A stretch of 32,000 bases of DNA, taken from the NCBI RefSeq assembly GCF_001017655.1, contig NZ_CP010904.1, forward strand, positions 180,001 to 212,000, read 5' to 3'. The position numbers were made by a program, and so were the translations under genes. This document shows, one piece after another, positions 22,801-31,591 of this stretch. Position 1 is the first letter of the stretch. The number at the start of each line of letters is the position of its first letter. The stretch comes from Kiritimatiella glycovorans. GTDB lineage: Bacteria > Verrucomicrobiota > Kiritimatiellia > Kiritimatiellales > Kiritimatiellaceae. The notes beneath the pieces were generated by a model, which worked only from the letters and a program-made list of their open reading frames with translations, was not told the origin of the DNA and ran no database searches.

Positions 22801-23658
22801 CCCCGGCCGGACGACCTCGCGCAGCCGCTCCTCGACCGGCCCCAGCGCGATATCTTCCGCGCGCCGCTGGTGCGCATCCGGCTGGGCGGCCATGACGTCT
22901 ATCTCAACGACACCGACCAGTACGCCCCGCTGGGGAGCACGACCCATGACCGGCGCCGTGCACTCCGGCTCGACGACGGTTCGATCACGAGGATTGAATC
23001 CCTGCCCGAGTACCGCGACCGGCGGGAAGCCGAGTACGTGCTCGATCTGGATGAAGACGGATCGGCGTCCATCGACTGGAGCCGGCGCTATTTCGGGTCG
23101 GACTATACGGCCTTCCACCGCGAGTTCGCCGAGATGATTCCCGAAGAGCGGCGGAGGCATTTCGAACGGCTCGTCAGTTCGATCGCCCAGTCCGCCGTGC
23201 CCGCGGGCGGCCTCGAGGTTGAACACGAGTCGTATCCCGGAGAGCAGCGCTGCCGCGTGGAGGCCGACCCGTATGCGGTCCGCGACGGCGATCTGCTCTA
23301 CTTCAGGCTGCCCGAAGGACTGGCCGGTCTTCAGCCGTACGAGTCCGACGAGCGGACCATGCCGCTGCACCGGGACCGTTATCTGCGCGAGCGGACGATC
23401 TGCCGCATCCGGGTTCCCGCGGGGTACGTCCCCGTACAGGACCGGGATGAGACGCGGCTGCGTCTGCCGGCCGACGGCGGCGAAATCATACTCCGGAGGC
23501 GGTACGACGCGAAGGAACGGATGTTGACCGTCGTGCACGAAGCCGACCTCCGGCCGTGTGTGGTGCCCGCCGGTGAATATCTGCTTCTCCAGAATGCCGC
23601 GCAGCGGTTCGAACGTCCCGCGGAACGAACCATCATTCTCCGTCGCGCCGAACCCTGA
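19891..23658 (+). CDS. Tandem DUF3857 / transglutaminase-like / DUF3858-type protein (two modules; first triad intact, second degenerate)
   Basis: 1255 aa with signal peptide ILAALLYVPGVLA. Module 1 core is GYGVCRDKAALLVAMLRLAGF...FNHAIVGV...LMDPTD. Module 2 core is GYGHKADQAILLYAMLEAAGF...FRAPLVRI...YLNDTD. Both modules are preceded by DUF3857-like beta-rich regions (e.g. LSVPGLEIGDILRYR and ASLPGVAPGSVIEYR). A GAGAGGAGAG site lies upstream. Confidence 0.8.
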   Translation: MVVRRYAFMILAALLYVPGVLALEFPSADELRERGRRADLERFPNADAVMLSDLATVCYDASGVYTSRMDVAYRILTEKGKRTHRTQSLGFDRAYSRAYFERVEVIQPDGRVREVDLDENTREMASPGQMRSNIYNPNIRRLQLSVPGLEIGDILRYRARREVFKTRVPDTWSDRFLFEGTDPVLYAEFEIDAPAARPLEKISLSDSVGDTVDHAVTTHGNRILYRWTGRDIPRMFPEPSMPSQASVVQRVLVSTIPEWEELSRWYWNLSKPHLDAVTPAMKEKVAELTAEDATREENIRALFTWVSQNIRYMGITLEEEAPGYEPHDVDLTFDRGYGVCRDKAALLVAMLRLAGFDAYPVLMMVGPKKDETVPQPWFNHAIVGVREPDGSFRLMDPTDENTRNLLPRYLCDMSYLAATPEGVPLMTSPVYPAEENLARIETEGRLEADGRLRAETRIIFEGINDSAYRGHFARLRPGEREDFFEGRIEALVPGAKLRDLEIEPQPVRDTSRPLKAVFSWTADGLFAEQDDRRLFRPPEWGRIFGVTRSALSHTGLEEREYPLRIRFPSGLEESFRLELAPGLEAPRNLPAAEAIERDFFSWNRSLGAGSGVLTGRVSTRMKTIELSPDQYRELKAVLEDLEHADRHRVVFPAPLEEDPDADVVYLENRARHELDDARNWTSTRTVRKKVLTYAGKKEHAELKIHFNPAWEDVELEYARVIAPSGEVREIRDNETNLMDAGWVASAPRYPAGRILVASLPGVAPGSVIEYRVVRRTRNHPFFHLRAYLRNFNPVVYAAVEIDAPQGLDVAAGLEGGEGVAASSTGKNGRVIRRWEARRVRGLKRESDLPPLWTLAPTLLASTGEWPVYASALNERFRECAAAGTRAAEKARELVAPHGTRREKARAIRDYVAEQIRTAGPGFTGLPLEALSDADATLGSGYGHKADQAILLYAMLEAAGFEPGFVLASNLPRPDDLAQPLLDRPQRDIFRAPLVRIRLGGHDVYLNDTDQYAPLGSTTHDRRRALRLDDGSITRIESLPEYRDRREAEYVLDLDEDGSASIDWSRRYFGSDYTAFHREFAEMIPEERRRHFERLVSSIAQSAVPAGGLEVEHESYPGEQRCRVEADPYAVRDGDLLYFRLPEGLAGLQPYESDERTMPLHRDRYLRERTICRIRVPAGYVPVQDRDETRLRLPADGGEIILRRRYDAKERMLTVVHEADLRPCVVPAGEYLLLQNAAQRFERPAERTIILRRAEP

Positions 23659-23825
23659 CGGGTAGAACGCCCTCCGCCCCGGACCGCCGGATTGATGTCA
23701 GATAAACAGGAAGACCTCTTGCGGAGTCGCCCGCTGAAGTAGAACAATGGCGGCGGCGGTTCGTCTGGGCCCCGCTCCGGAAGAGGGCGGGCGTCCGCCG
23801 CGGAAAATCCGGAAGGGATGTCGAA

Positions 23826-24848
23826 GTGAGCGAGCCAGCGCAAAAAATCGCGGCGTTCCCCCCCGTGTCGGTTTTGATTAACACCAAAGGCCGTCCCGGG
23901 TATGCCGTGGCCGCCGCCCGCTCCGTGCTCGCCTCGGCGTACCCCGGTCCGCGCCAGATCGCGGTCGTCGAAGAGGGCCGGGGAGCCGCCGCGGAAGGAC
24001 TGCCCGGCGGCGTGGAGCATTACGTCCTCGACCGCGCAGGGGGCGGTTTCGGGGCCGCGCGCAACCAGGCCGTCCGCCGTGCGCGCCATGACCTGATCGT
24101 GTTCATCGACGACGACTGCGAGGCGGAGGAGGACTGGCTGCTCCGGCTGCTCGAGCCGCTCGAAGAGAATCCCGACGCGGGCGCGGTCGGCGGCGCCGTC
24201 CGGGTCCCTCCCTGCGGTCCGGTGGGACGCTGTGAAAACATCCTGGGATTTCCGGCGGGCGGCCTGCGCTATATACACGAGGCCCGCGGCCGCGTCATCC
24301 GGCGCCCCACCTTTTCGACCTGCAACTGCGCGATCCGGAGGGAGGCGCTTGAAGAGGCGGGAGGGTTTGACGAAGCGAGGACGATGGGGGGCGAGGACGA
24401 AGACCTCAGCCGGCGGATCGCGGCGCGCAGACCCGTGCTTTATACGCCGCACGCCGTGGTCCGGCACCGACCCCGCGACGGGCTGCTCAAGGTGCTGCGC
24501 TGGTTCTACCGCCGCGGCCGCGCCGCGGCCGCCGGGGCGGAGCATGCGGGAGCTTTCGTCCTGCACAAAGCGGTTACTTCACCCGTACTGAGACTGCTCG
24601 CGCTGGTGCTCCTCTCCGCCGCGCTGCCCGGCCCCGGCGGGTGGCTGCTGCTGCCCGCCGCCGCGCTGGCGTACGCGGGGGTCATTCTGCACCGTTTCCG
24701 CTGGGCGCGCGGCTTCGGCATGGGCGCGGGGACGCGGGCCCTCCTCCCGGTGGTCAGGACGACCATGGATCTGGGATTTGATGCGGGGGCCTGGAGGGAA
24801 CTGGGAGCCCGCGCCCTTCGGCGGCGGGCGCAGGAGGGCGGACGGTGA
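23826..24848 (+). CDS. Family 2 glycosyltransferase with C-terminal TM segments
   Basis: GTG start. Motifs include VSVLINTKGRP, GFGAARNQAV, the DxD motif in LIVFIDDDCEAEEDWL, and GGFDE...GGEDEDL. Confidence 0.8.
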   Translation: MSEPAQKIAAFPPVSVLINTKGRPGYAVAAARSVLASAYPGPRQIAVVEEGRGAAAEGLPGGVEHYVLDRAGGGFGAARNQAVRRARHDLIVFIDDDCEAEEDWLLRLLEPLEENPDAGAVGGAVRVPPCGPVGRCENILGFPAGGLRYIHEARGRVIRRPTFSTCNCAIRREALEEAGGFDEARTMGGEDEDLSRRIAARRPVLYTPHAVVRHRPRDGLLKVLRWFYRRGRAAAAGAEHAGAFVLHKAVTSPVLRLLALVLLSAALPGPGGWLLLPAAALAYAGVILHRFRWARGFGMGAGTRALLPVVRTTMDLGFDAGAWRELGARALRRRAQEGGR

Positions 24849-25807
24849 AAGCGGAGCCCATGGAGCCGAAAAGGAACAGGGCGGCGGATGCGGTGCTGCA
24901 CACCTGCGCGGCCGTGATGCGGCGGCTGCCCTACCTTCGGGGCATGGGCACGTTTGCGGAGAAACTCAATGCGTGGATGCTGAAGGCCGGCGCGCAGCCG
25001 GTGGTCAGGGCGAGAATGATCGACGGCTCGCTGATGTGGGTGGACCTCCGCACCCGGACCGAATGGTACGCGTTCTACCGGGGTTGGTACGACGGCGACG
25101 TGATTCCGCTCATCCGGCATTACCTGCCCGTCGGCGGATGCTTTCTGGATGTCGGCGCCAACATCGGCTTCTATACGGTGCCGGTGGCCCGCTATCTTCG
25201 TCAGTGCGGCCCGTCCGGGTGCGTGCTGTCGTTCGAGCCGTACGCCGGTAATTTTGAACGGCTCCTGCAGAATATCCGCCTGAACGGGCTCGACGCGTTC
25301 TGCGACGTGCATCGTTCGGGGTTGTCCGACGCCTCGCGTACGGAGGATATGGTGCTGCGCGAGGACTTCCTGGAGGGCGGCGAGACCGGAAACGCCTCCA
25401 TCGCGCTCGATCACCGGTTCGACCGCGGATTCGCGACCGTCCCCGTCCGGCTGGAGCCCTTCGACGCCCTGCGCGAGAGCGGCGCGATTCCCGATTGCAG
25501 GATCGATGTGATCAAGGTGGACATCGAAGGACACGAGGACCATTTTCTGCGCGGTGCTCAACGCACGATCCTCCGCGACCGCCCCGTCATTTTCATGGAG
25601 ATCAACCGGCCGTATTACAGGGTGCGGGAAATCGACCCGGACGAGGCGATCCCGCCGCTGCTGCCGGACGGATACGGGGTCTACCGCCGTACGGCGGGGA
25701 AGCGGTGGTCCCGGGCGAAGTCGCTGGCGGAGTGCCGGGATATCGAGGACGTGATCTGGATGCCGGATGAGCGGAGCGGGAAACGCGACGGGTTGGAATG
25801 TTCATGA
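24845..25807 (+). CDS. FkbM-family methyltransferase
   Basis: The SAM-binding motif is FLDVGANIGFYTVPVA. Also present are IDVIKVDIEGHEDHFLRGA and PVIFMEIN. The GTGA overlap with the upstream stop marks the start (alternative ATG 24860). Confidence 0.8.
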   Translation: MKAEPMEPKRNRAADAVLHTCAAVMRRLPYLRGMGTFAEKLNAWMLKAGAQPVVRARMIDGSLMWVDLRTRTEWYAFYRGWYDGDVIPLIRHYLPVGGCFLDVGANIGFYTVPVARYLRQCGPSGCVLSFEPYAGNFERLLQNIRLNGLDAFCDVHRSGLSDASRTEDMVLREDFLEGGETGNASIALDHRFDRGFATVPVRLEPFDALRESGAIPDCRIDVIKVDIEGHEDHFLRGAQRTILRDRPVIFMEINRPYYRVREIDPDEAIPPLLPDGYGVYRRTAGKRWSRAKSLAECRDIEDVIWMPDERSGKRDGLECS

Positions 25808-27339
25808 AACCCCGGCACATCTTTACCAATGTATCCTGGGCCTGGCTGCGCCTGATCGTGAATGCGCTGGCGGCCCTCATCCTGACCCCTCTGCTGATCG
25901 ACCGGCTGGGCGACACGGCCTACGGCGTCTGGGTGCTGATCGGTTCGATCCTCGGCTACTACGGACTGCTGAACCTGGGGATCGACAGCTCCGCCGTCCG
26001 TTACCTGTCGCGCGCCCTCGGCAGCGGAGACCGCGACCGTGCCGCCGTCCTGCTCCGCACCAGCGCCGTCACGTTCCGCTGGATCGCGGCCGCGGTGCTG
26101 CTGCTGACCGCCCTGCTGGGCTGGGGCTTCGCGCAGGTGCGGGACGGAGGACCGTTTCAGGTTCCGGTGGAACTCTCGGACGATTTCGTCCTTCTCCTGT
26201 GGCTGCTCGGCGCCGGGGTCGCCGTTTCGTTTGCGCTGCGGGTCTACAGCTGCGCACTGCGGGCGCTCGAGCGGTACGATCTCGAGCACCTGATCACCAT
26301 CGGCGCCACGATCGGCCGCGTGCTGGCGATCATCTTCCTCATGCACGGCTCAATCGTGCGCCTCGGACTCATCTTCGCCGCCTTCAACGTCCTCTCCGGC
26401 GCGGCGCAGGCGGTGGCCGCTCACAGGTTGTTGAAGCCGCTGAACCTTCCCGCCCGTCCGCGCGGCCGAATGTACGGGACCGTCGGCCGGTATGGGGTCT
26501 GGGCCCTGCTCACCTCGCTGGCCGATCGTTTCCGCTATCATACCGACCCGCTCGTCATCGGGTACGCCCTCGCACCCGCGGCGATCACGGTGTACAGCGT
26601 GGCGCACACGCTCATCCGCTACTTCAGCGATATCGCGGGCCAGTTCGGGATGCCCTTTTTCCCCGTCTTCAGCCGCTACGAAGGGGCGGGCGACGAGGAG
26701 GGACTGCGGCGGGCCTTTCTCCGGGGCAGCCGGGTGCAGGGGTTCCTGGCGCTGCTGCTGGCCGGAGGGCTGGGAGGATCCGGCCCGCTCTTCCTCCGGT
26801 TCTGGGTGGGGGGCGAAATCGGCCCGGAGGCGCTCGCCGCGGCGTCGGCCGTCCTGTCGATCCTCGTGCTGCCCGTGCTGCTCGATGTCATGCAGACCAT
26901 TTCGGTGTGCTACCTCTACGGGGTGGGCAAGCACCCGTACCTGAGCATGCAGACGACCGCGGAGGGGCTGGCCAACCTGGCCCTCAGCCTGGTGCTGGCG
27001 GGTCCGTTCGGGCTCGTCGGAGTCGCCTGGGGCACGGCGGTGCCGATGACGGTTACAAAGCTCCTGGTTCAGCCCGCCTACGTCTGCCGGCAGCTCAGAA
27101 TCCCCTGGGGGCGTTACGTGCTCGGCAATCTGATGGGGCCGGTGCTGCTGGCCGCCGTCCTCGCCGTGAGCCAGCGCGTCTTTTTCCGCCTCGTCCCGCC
27201 TTCCACCTTCGCGGGCTTTCTGCTCGGGGCGGCGCTGACGGCGCTCGTGTTCGCCGCCGTCGCGGCCCTGGTGTTTCTGAGGCGGGAGGACCGCCGGTGG
27301 ATCGCGGACTGGCTGCGCGGGCGGGGAGGTGAACCGTGA
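25804..27339 (+). CDS. Polysaccharide flippase (MOP/Wzx-type polysaccharide biosynthesis protein)
   Basis: About 511 aa with roughly 12-14 hydrophobic spans. The N-terminus N..W.W....VN.L..L.LTPLLI..LG...YGVW is typical of Wzx/RfbX-like transporters. ATG 25804 gives an ATGA overlap with the FkbM stop; ATG 25798 is also possible. Confidence 0.7.
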   Translation: MKPRHIFTNVSWAWLRLIVNALAALILTPLLIDRLGDTAYGVWVLIGSILGYYGLLNLGIDSSAVRYLSRALGSGDRDRAAVLLRTSAVTFRWIAAAVLLLTALLGWGFAQVRDGGPFQVPVELSDDFVLLLWLLGAGVAVSFALRVYSCALRALERYDLEHLITIGATIGRVLAIIFLMHGSIVRLGLIFAAFNVLSGAAQAVAAHRLLKPLNLPARPRGRMYGTVGRYGVWALLTSLADRFRYHTDPLVIGYALAPAAITVYSVAHTLIRYFSDIAGQFGMPFFPVFSRYEGAGDEEGLRRAFLRGSRVQGFLALLLAGGLGGSGPLFLRFWVGGEIGPEALAAASAVLSILVLPVLLDVMQTISVCYLYGVGKHPYLSMQTTAEGLANLALSLVLAGPFGLVGVAWGTAVPMTVTKLLVQPAYVCRQLRIPWGRYVLGNLMGPVLLAAVLAVSQRVFFRLVPPSTFAGFLLGAALTALVFAAVAALVFLRREDRRWIADWLRGRGGEP

Positions 27340-28250
27340 GTCCGCGGGTCAGCGTATGCGTGCCCACGTACGGGCGGCACGAGCTTCTGGTGGACACCCT
27401 TCGGGGGCTGTTGAACCAGGAGTACGGGCCGCTTGAGATTCTCGTGTACGACCAGAACGAGTCGCATCCCGATTCTGTCCGCCGCTTCCTGGAGGAGCAT
27501 GGCGGACGGCTGCGCGTGGAGCGCGGGGAGCCGCGCGGCCTGGTGGCGGCCTACCGGGCGTGCGCGTCCCGCGCCTCCGGGGATCTGCTGGTGTTTGTCG
27601 ACGACGATGTCCTCATCGACGATCCCGGATTTATACGCCGGCACGTCGACGCGCATGAAACGCCCGGCACCGGCGCGGTCTGCGGGCGGATCGTGCCCGA
27701 GCGCCCGCGGCCGCCCTCGCGGCCCGACCCGAGGATCGCGCGTCCCGACGGATGGCGGTTCGTGCGGTTCGACTACGAAGAGCCGGTCGACGCGATGCCT
27801 TCGCTGGCCGCCGCCAATATGTCTTTCCGTCGCGAGGTCTACGAGGAAGCGGGGGGATTCGACCCGAACTATCGCGGGCACGGGTTCCGTTTCGAAACCG
27901 ACTTCAGTTTCGCCCTGCGGAAAACCGGCAGACGCATCCGGTTCGTCCCCGGGGCCTCGCTGGTGCATCGCTACGGCTCTCCGGGTGGGGCGGGGAACGT
28001 CCACCTCACCCGCCTCACCCCCGAAAGCCGCGAATGGCTGGTGGTGTTTTTCGCCAACACCTTTTATTTTCTGCGCAAGTGGCACGGTCGGCGGCGGAGG
28101 ATTCCCGCGGCGTTCGCGGTGTGGCGCGAACAGGCGATGAACCGTGCCGTGCTCACTCAGGGATGGGAAACCGTGCTCATGCGGCAGAGGGCCTTTCTGG
28201 AGGGATTCCGGATGGCGGGAGGGATGAGAACCCGGGATCCCGGAACGTGA
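27336..28250 (+). CDS. Family 2 glycosyltransferase
   Basis: GTGA overlap with the upstream stop. Motifs include VSVCVPTYGRHELL, LLVFVDDDVLI (DxD), and AANMSFRREVYEEAGGFD. Confidence 0.8.
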   Translation: MSPRVSVCVPTYGRHELLVDTLRGLLNQEYGPLEILVYDQNESHPDSVRRFLEEHGGRLRVERGEPRGLVAAYRACASRASGDLLVFVDDDVLIDDPGFIRRHVDAHETPGTGAVCGRIVPERPRPPSRPDPRIARPDGWRFVRFDYEEPVDAMPSLAAANMSFRREVYEEAGGFDPNYRGHGFRFETDFSFALRKTGRRIRFVPGASLVHRYGSPGGAGNVHLTRLTPESREWLVVFFANTFYFLRKWHGRRRRIPAAFAVWREQAMNRAVLTQGWETVLMRQRAFLEGFRMAGGMRTRDPGT

Positions 28251-28265
28251 ACATGGAGCCGTGAC

Positions 28266-29459
28266 ATGCCCCGCATACTGATCATCACGCCCCTGCTGCC
28301 GCTGCCCGCCGATACGGGCAGCCGGCTGCGTTTCTATCACCTGGCGCGCTGCATGGCGGACGCGGGTATGGAGGTCTCGATGCTGGCGCTCGACGGGGAA
28401 TCCCCCGCCGGTTCGGAACCTTCCGCCCCGGACTTTCTGGAGCATTTCGAGGCGGTGTGCGATCCCGGCCCGCGTCTGAGTCCGCCGGGGGCGGTGGTGC
28501 CGGCCTACCGCGAGTTCCGCGCGGCAGTGTACCGGGCGCTCGATGCGTGGCATCCCGAGGCCGTCCAGATCGAGAAGACCTTCGCCTTCGCCCAGTGCGG
28601 GGTGCGGACGCTGCGGAACGCGGACATGCCCGTGCTGCTCGACGAGGGCGGCGTGCATCATCTCGGCTACCGGCGCGAGGCGGCGCGCGCCCGCGGATTC
28701 GCGGCGACCGCGCGCGCCGCCCTGCGCGCCGCCCGGCTGAGGCGGTACGAGGCGCGCGCGGTTCGGGAGGTCGACGCCGTGACCGCCGTCAGCCCGGGCG
28801 AGGCAGAGCACCTGCGCGCGCTGGCGCCCTCGGCGACGGTGATCGAAGTGCCCAACGGGGTCGACGAGCGCCTCTTTGAGCGCGCGCCCGCCCCGTTCAG
28901 CCGACGGGAGACGGGGCTTTTTTTCTGCGGGGATTACCGTTACGCTCCGAATGCGGATGCGGTGCGCTGGTTCCTGCGCCGTGTGCGGCCGGAACTGGAC
29001 CGGCGCGGATGCCGGGTGCCGCTGGTGGCCGCCGGCGCCCATCCGCCGGACGACCTCCGCGCGCGCGCCGAACGGGACGAGGCGTTCGATGCGCCCGGTC
29101 GCGTGCCCGATATTCATGCGTGTTACGAACGGTATACGATGATGATCAATCCGATGCGCTCGGGGGCCGGCACCCGGCTCAAGATGCTCGAGGCGATGGC
29201 CCACGGGATGGCCTGCATCTCCACGGCGGTGGGTGCCGAGGGGCTGGGGATCGAAGACGGGCGCGAGGCGCGTATCGCGGATTCGCCGTCCGCCATGGCC
29301 GCGGCGATCGAGGCGTGGGCCGCGGACCGCGATGCGGCGGAGGAGGCCGGCCGACACGCGAGGGCCGCGGTCCGCGAACGGTTTGTCTGGCCCCGCTGCG
29401 CGCAGCCGCTGATCGATTTCTACCGCGGGCGTCTCGGCGAAGGGACGGCCGGCGCATGA
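28266..29459 (+). CDS. GT-B fold glycosyltransferase (GT4-like)
   Basis: The N-terminus is ILIITPLLPLPADTGSRLRFYHLA. The C-terminus INPMRSGAGTRLKMLEAMAHGMACISTAVGAEGL follows the E-x7-E-region pattern of GT4 enzymes. Confidence 0.75.
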   Translation: MPRILIITPLLPLPADTGSRLRFYHLARCMADAGMEVSMLALDGESPAGSEPSAPDFLEHFEAVCDPGPRLSPPGAVVPAYREFRAAVYRALDAWHPEAVQIEKTFAFAQCGVRTLRNADMPVLLDEGGVHHLGYRREAARARGFAATARAALRAARLRRYEARAVREVDAVTAVSPGEAEHLRALAPSATVIEVPNGVDERLFERAPAPFSRRETGLFFCGDYRYAPNADAVRWFLRRVRPELDRRGCRVPLVAAGAHPPDDLRARAERDEAFDAPGRVPDIHACYERYTMMINPMRSGAGTRLKMLEAMAHGMACISTAVGAEGLGIEDGREARIADSPSAMAAAIEAWAADRDAAEEAGRHARAAVRERFVWPRCAQPLIDFYRGRLGEGTAGA

Positions 29460-30496
29460 AGTTTTCCGTGATCATTCCGTTTTACAACGCACAGAATACG
29501 CTCGAACGGTGCCTGCGGGCGCTCGACCGGCAGATTTTTAAGGAGTTCGAGGTCTGTCTGGTCGACAATAATTCCGATGATCATTCCGCGGTGATCGCGC
29601 GCGATTTCGCCGGACGGACGCATCCGTTCGAGGTCAGGGTCCTGCACGAACCGCGGCGCGGCGCGCCGGCGGCGCGCAATACGGGCGCGGCGGCTGCGCG
29701 CGGCGAGTGGCTCGCGTTCACCGATGCCGACTGCGTGCCGGCGCCCCACTGGCTGCACGAACTCGACCGCATCACGGCGTCGCTGGACGGCGGGACCGGC
29801 GCCGTGGCCGGTACGATCGTTTCCGCCGTTCCCGAGAACCCCGTACAGCTCTGTTCGGCGCTGTTCACGCTTCCGCCGGTGATGAAGGATGAAACTTTCC
29901 GGGAGCTGACGCTCCATTCCGGGGGCTTCCCCACGGCCAACCTCGCCGTCCGCCGCGCGGTGTTCGAGGAGGTCGGGGGGTTCGACTACGATCATCCCGT
30001 ACGGGTGGGCGAGGATACGCTGCTGTGCGCCCGCCTCTACCGGGCGGGGTATGCCATCCGCGCCCACGCCGGGGCGGCGGTGGAACACGTACACCGCGAA
30101 GACCTGCGTTCTTTTGTGAAACAGGCCGAAGCCTACGGGGAGTCGCACCCGTACATCGTCAGAAACCTCCTCCCGCCGGGTGTGCTCGTGGAACCTCCGG
30201 TTGGCCGGACGCTGCATCTGCGCGTCCCGCTGCACGTGTGGATCGATCTGCGGCAGGCGGACAAGAAGATGCTGGGGGCGGTGCTCGCGGCCGTCCTCCT
30301 GCCCCCGCTCTGGTTTCTCCCCTTCGTCTATTTCATGTGGCTGTGCCGCTTTGTCCTGCGCAAAATGGAGGTGCGGGATATCCTCGTCGCCCCGCGCACG
30401 ATCCCCGTAATCGCGGGACTGCTGCTGCTGAAATCCGGCGCCGTCACGGCGGCCAGAATAAAGACCAGTATCCGTTACCGATGCCTGGTGATCTGA
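29456..30496 (+). CDS. Family 2 glycosyltransferase with C-terminal TM segments
   Basis: The internal ATG 29456 forms an ATGA overlap with the upstream stop. Motifs include MKFSVIIPFYNAQNTLERCL, AARNTGA and LAFTDADCV (DxD). The upstream 149 codons of the track ORF (from 29009) are rejected. Confidence 0.8.
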   Translation: MKFSVIIPFYNAQNTLERCLRALDRQIFKEFEVCLVDNNSDDHSAVIARDFAGRTHPFEVRVLHEPRRGAPAARNTGAAAARGEWLAFTDADCVPAPHWLHELDRITASLDGGTGAVAGTIVSAVPENPVQLCSALFTLPPVMKDETFRELTLHSGGFPTANLAVRRAVFEEVGGFDYDHPVRVGEDTLLCARLYRAGYAIRAHAGAAVEHVHREDLRSFVKQAEAYGESHPYIVRNLLPPGVLVEPPVGRTLHLRVPLHVWIDLRQADKKMLGAVLAAVLLPPLWFLPFVYFMWLCRFVLRKMEVRDILVAPRTIPVIAGLLLLKSGAVTAARIKTSIRYRCLVI

Positions 30497-30499
30497 GAG

Positions 30500-31591
30500 A
30501 TGGCTATGCACACGCCGCGCACGATCGCGTTCTGGGATGACCCGCTCGACCCGCCCGGCGGGGGGCAGTTCAGTCTGCTGACCCTCCTCACCCACCTCGA
30601 CCGGGATCGTTACCGCCCCGAGGTCCACCTGTTCGGCGGTCCCTCGTTCCGGGCACTGCTCGCGCGTGAGGGGATCGAAGCCCGCAGGACGGGGCTGCTG
30701 AAGAGCGTGTTTTACCTGTTTCGCCGTCGCCCGGACCTGGTGCACTGCAATATCGCCACCTCGCGCCGTGCGTGGATCCTCGCCCTGAGCGCCCGTCTGG
30801 CCGGTGTGCCGTTTGTGTGGCACGTGCGCATCATCGATTCCGCGGGGTGGAAAGACCGCTGGATGGCGCGTCTGGCCGACCGTATTGTCGTGATTTCGGA
30901 GGCGGTACGCGCGCGATTCGCGGCCGAGCGGGACAAAACGGTCAGGATCTATAACGGCGTGGACATGGAGCGCTTCGCGCGGGTCGAGGCGGAATACGCG
31001 GCGGAGGAGGGTGGCGCGGAACGGGGGTTCCGCATCGGGGTATTTTCGCGGCTGGACCCGTGGAAAGGGCATGAATTGTTCCTCGACGCCCTGCTGAAGC
31101 TGGGCGAGGCGGGGCCGCCGGTCGAGGTCTGGATCGCGGGGGAGGGCGATCCCCGCTATCGGGCGCGACTCGAAGACACGGTTCGGCGGCACGGACTGAC
31201 GGACCGGGTCCGGTTTCTCGGGCATCGCGAGGACGTTCCCGCGTTGATGCGGCAGTGCGATGCGGTGGTCAACCCGTCGATCCGCCCCGAGCCGTTCGGC
31301 CGCACGCTGATCGAGGCGATGGCCTCCGGCGCGGCGGTGGTCGCCACCGCGCGCGGGGGGGCGCGGGAGGTGATCGACCCTGAGAAGGACGGGATGCTGG
31401 TGGAACCCGAGCCCGGTGCGCTGGCGGCCGCGCTGGAGCGCCTCCGGCATGACCGGTCCATGCGAAGCCGGCTGGCCGCGAACGCGTGGAACAAATGCGC
31501 GCAACAGTTCAGCGCGGAGGCGCACGCCCGCCGCGTGATGGATCTCTACGCGGAGATGTGCGGAGACTCCGCAACGGAGGCGGTACGATGA
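30500..31591 (+). CDS. GT-B fold glycosyltransferase (GT4)
   Basis: Motifs are GFRIGVFSRLDPWKGHELFLDA and VNPSIRPEPFGRTLIEAMASGAAVVATARGGAREVI, the classic GT4 EX7E region. Confidence 0.85.
   Translation: MAMHTPRTIAFWDDPLDPPGGGQFSLLTLLTHLDRDRYRPEVHLFGGPSFRALLAREGIEARRTGLLKSVFYLFRRRPDLVHCNIATSRRAWILALSARLAGVPFVWHVRIIDSAGWKDRWMARLADRIVVISEAVRARFAAERDKTVRIYNGVDMERFARVEAEYAAEEGGAERGFRIGVFSRLDPWKGHELFLDALLKLGEAGPPVEVWIAGEGDPRYRARLEDTVRRHGLTDRVRFLGHREDVPALMRQCDAVVNPSIRPEPFGRTLIEAMASGAAVVATARGGAREVIDPEKDGMLVEPEPGALAAALERLRHDRSMRSRLAANAWNKCAQQFSAEAHARRVMDLYAEMCGDSATEAVR

Noticed and set aside
19834-23538. 1234-aa ORF on the minus strand, antisense to the tandem transglutaminase gene
   Set aside because: Its composition is dominated by Arg, Gly, Pro, Ala and Val, and it has no recognisable motifs. 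The plus-strand frame has clear DUF3857/transglutaminase motifs, a signal peptide and a ribosome-binding site. Long stop-free antisense frames are expected at this G+C content and codon bias.
29009-29455. 149-codon upstream extension of the third GT2 gene, and the 40-codon extension of the PA14/PKD gene at 17558-17677
   Set aside because: Both extensions overlap the preceding genes and are Arg/Gly-rich. The internal starts give ATGA coupling (29456) or a proper signal peptide (17678).
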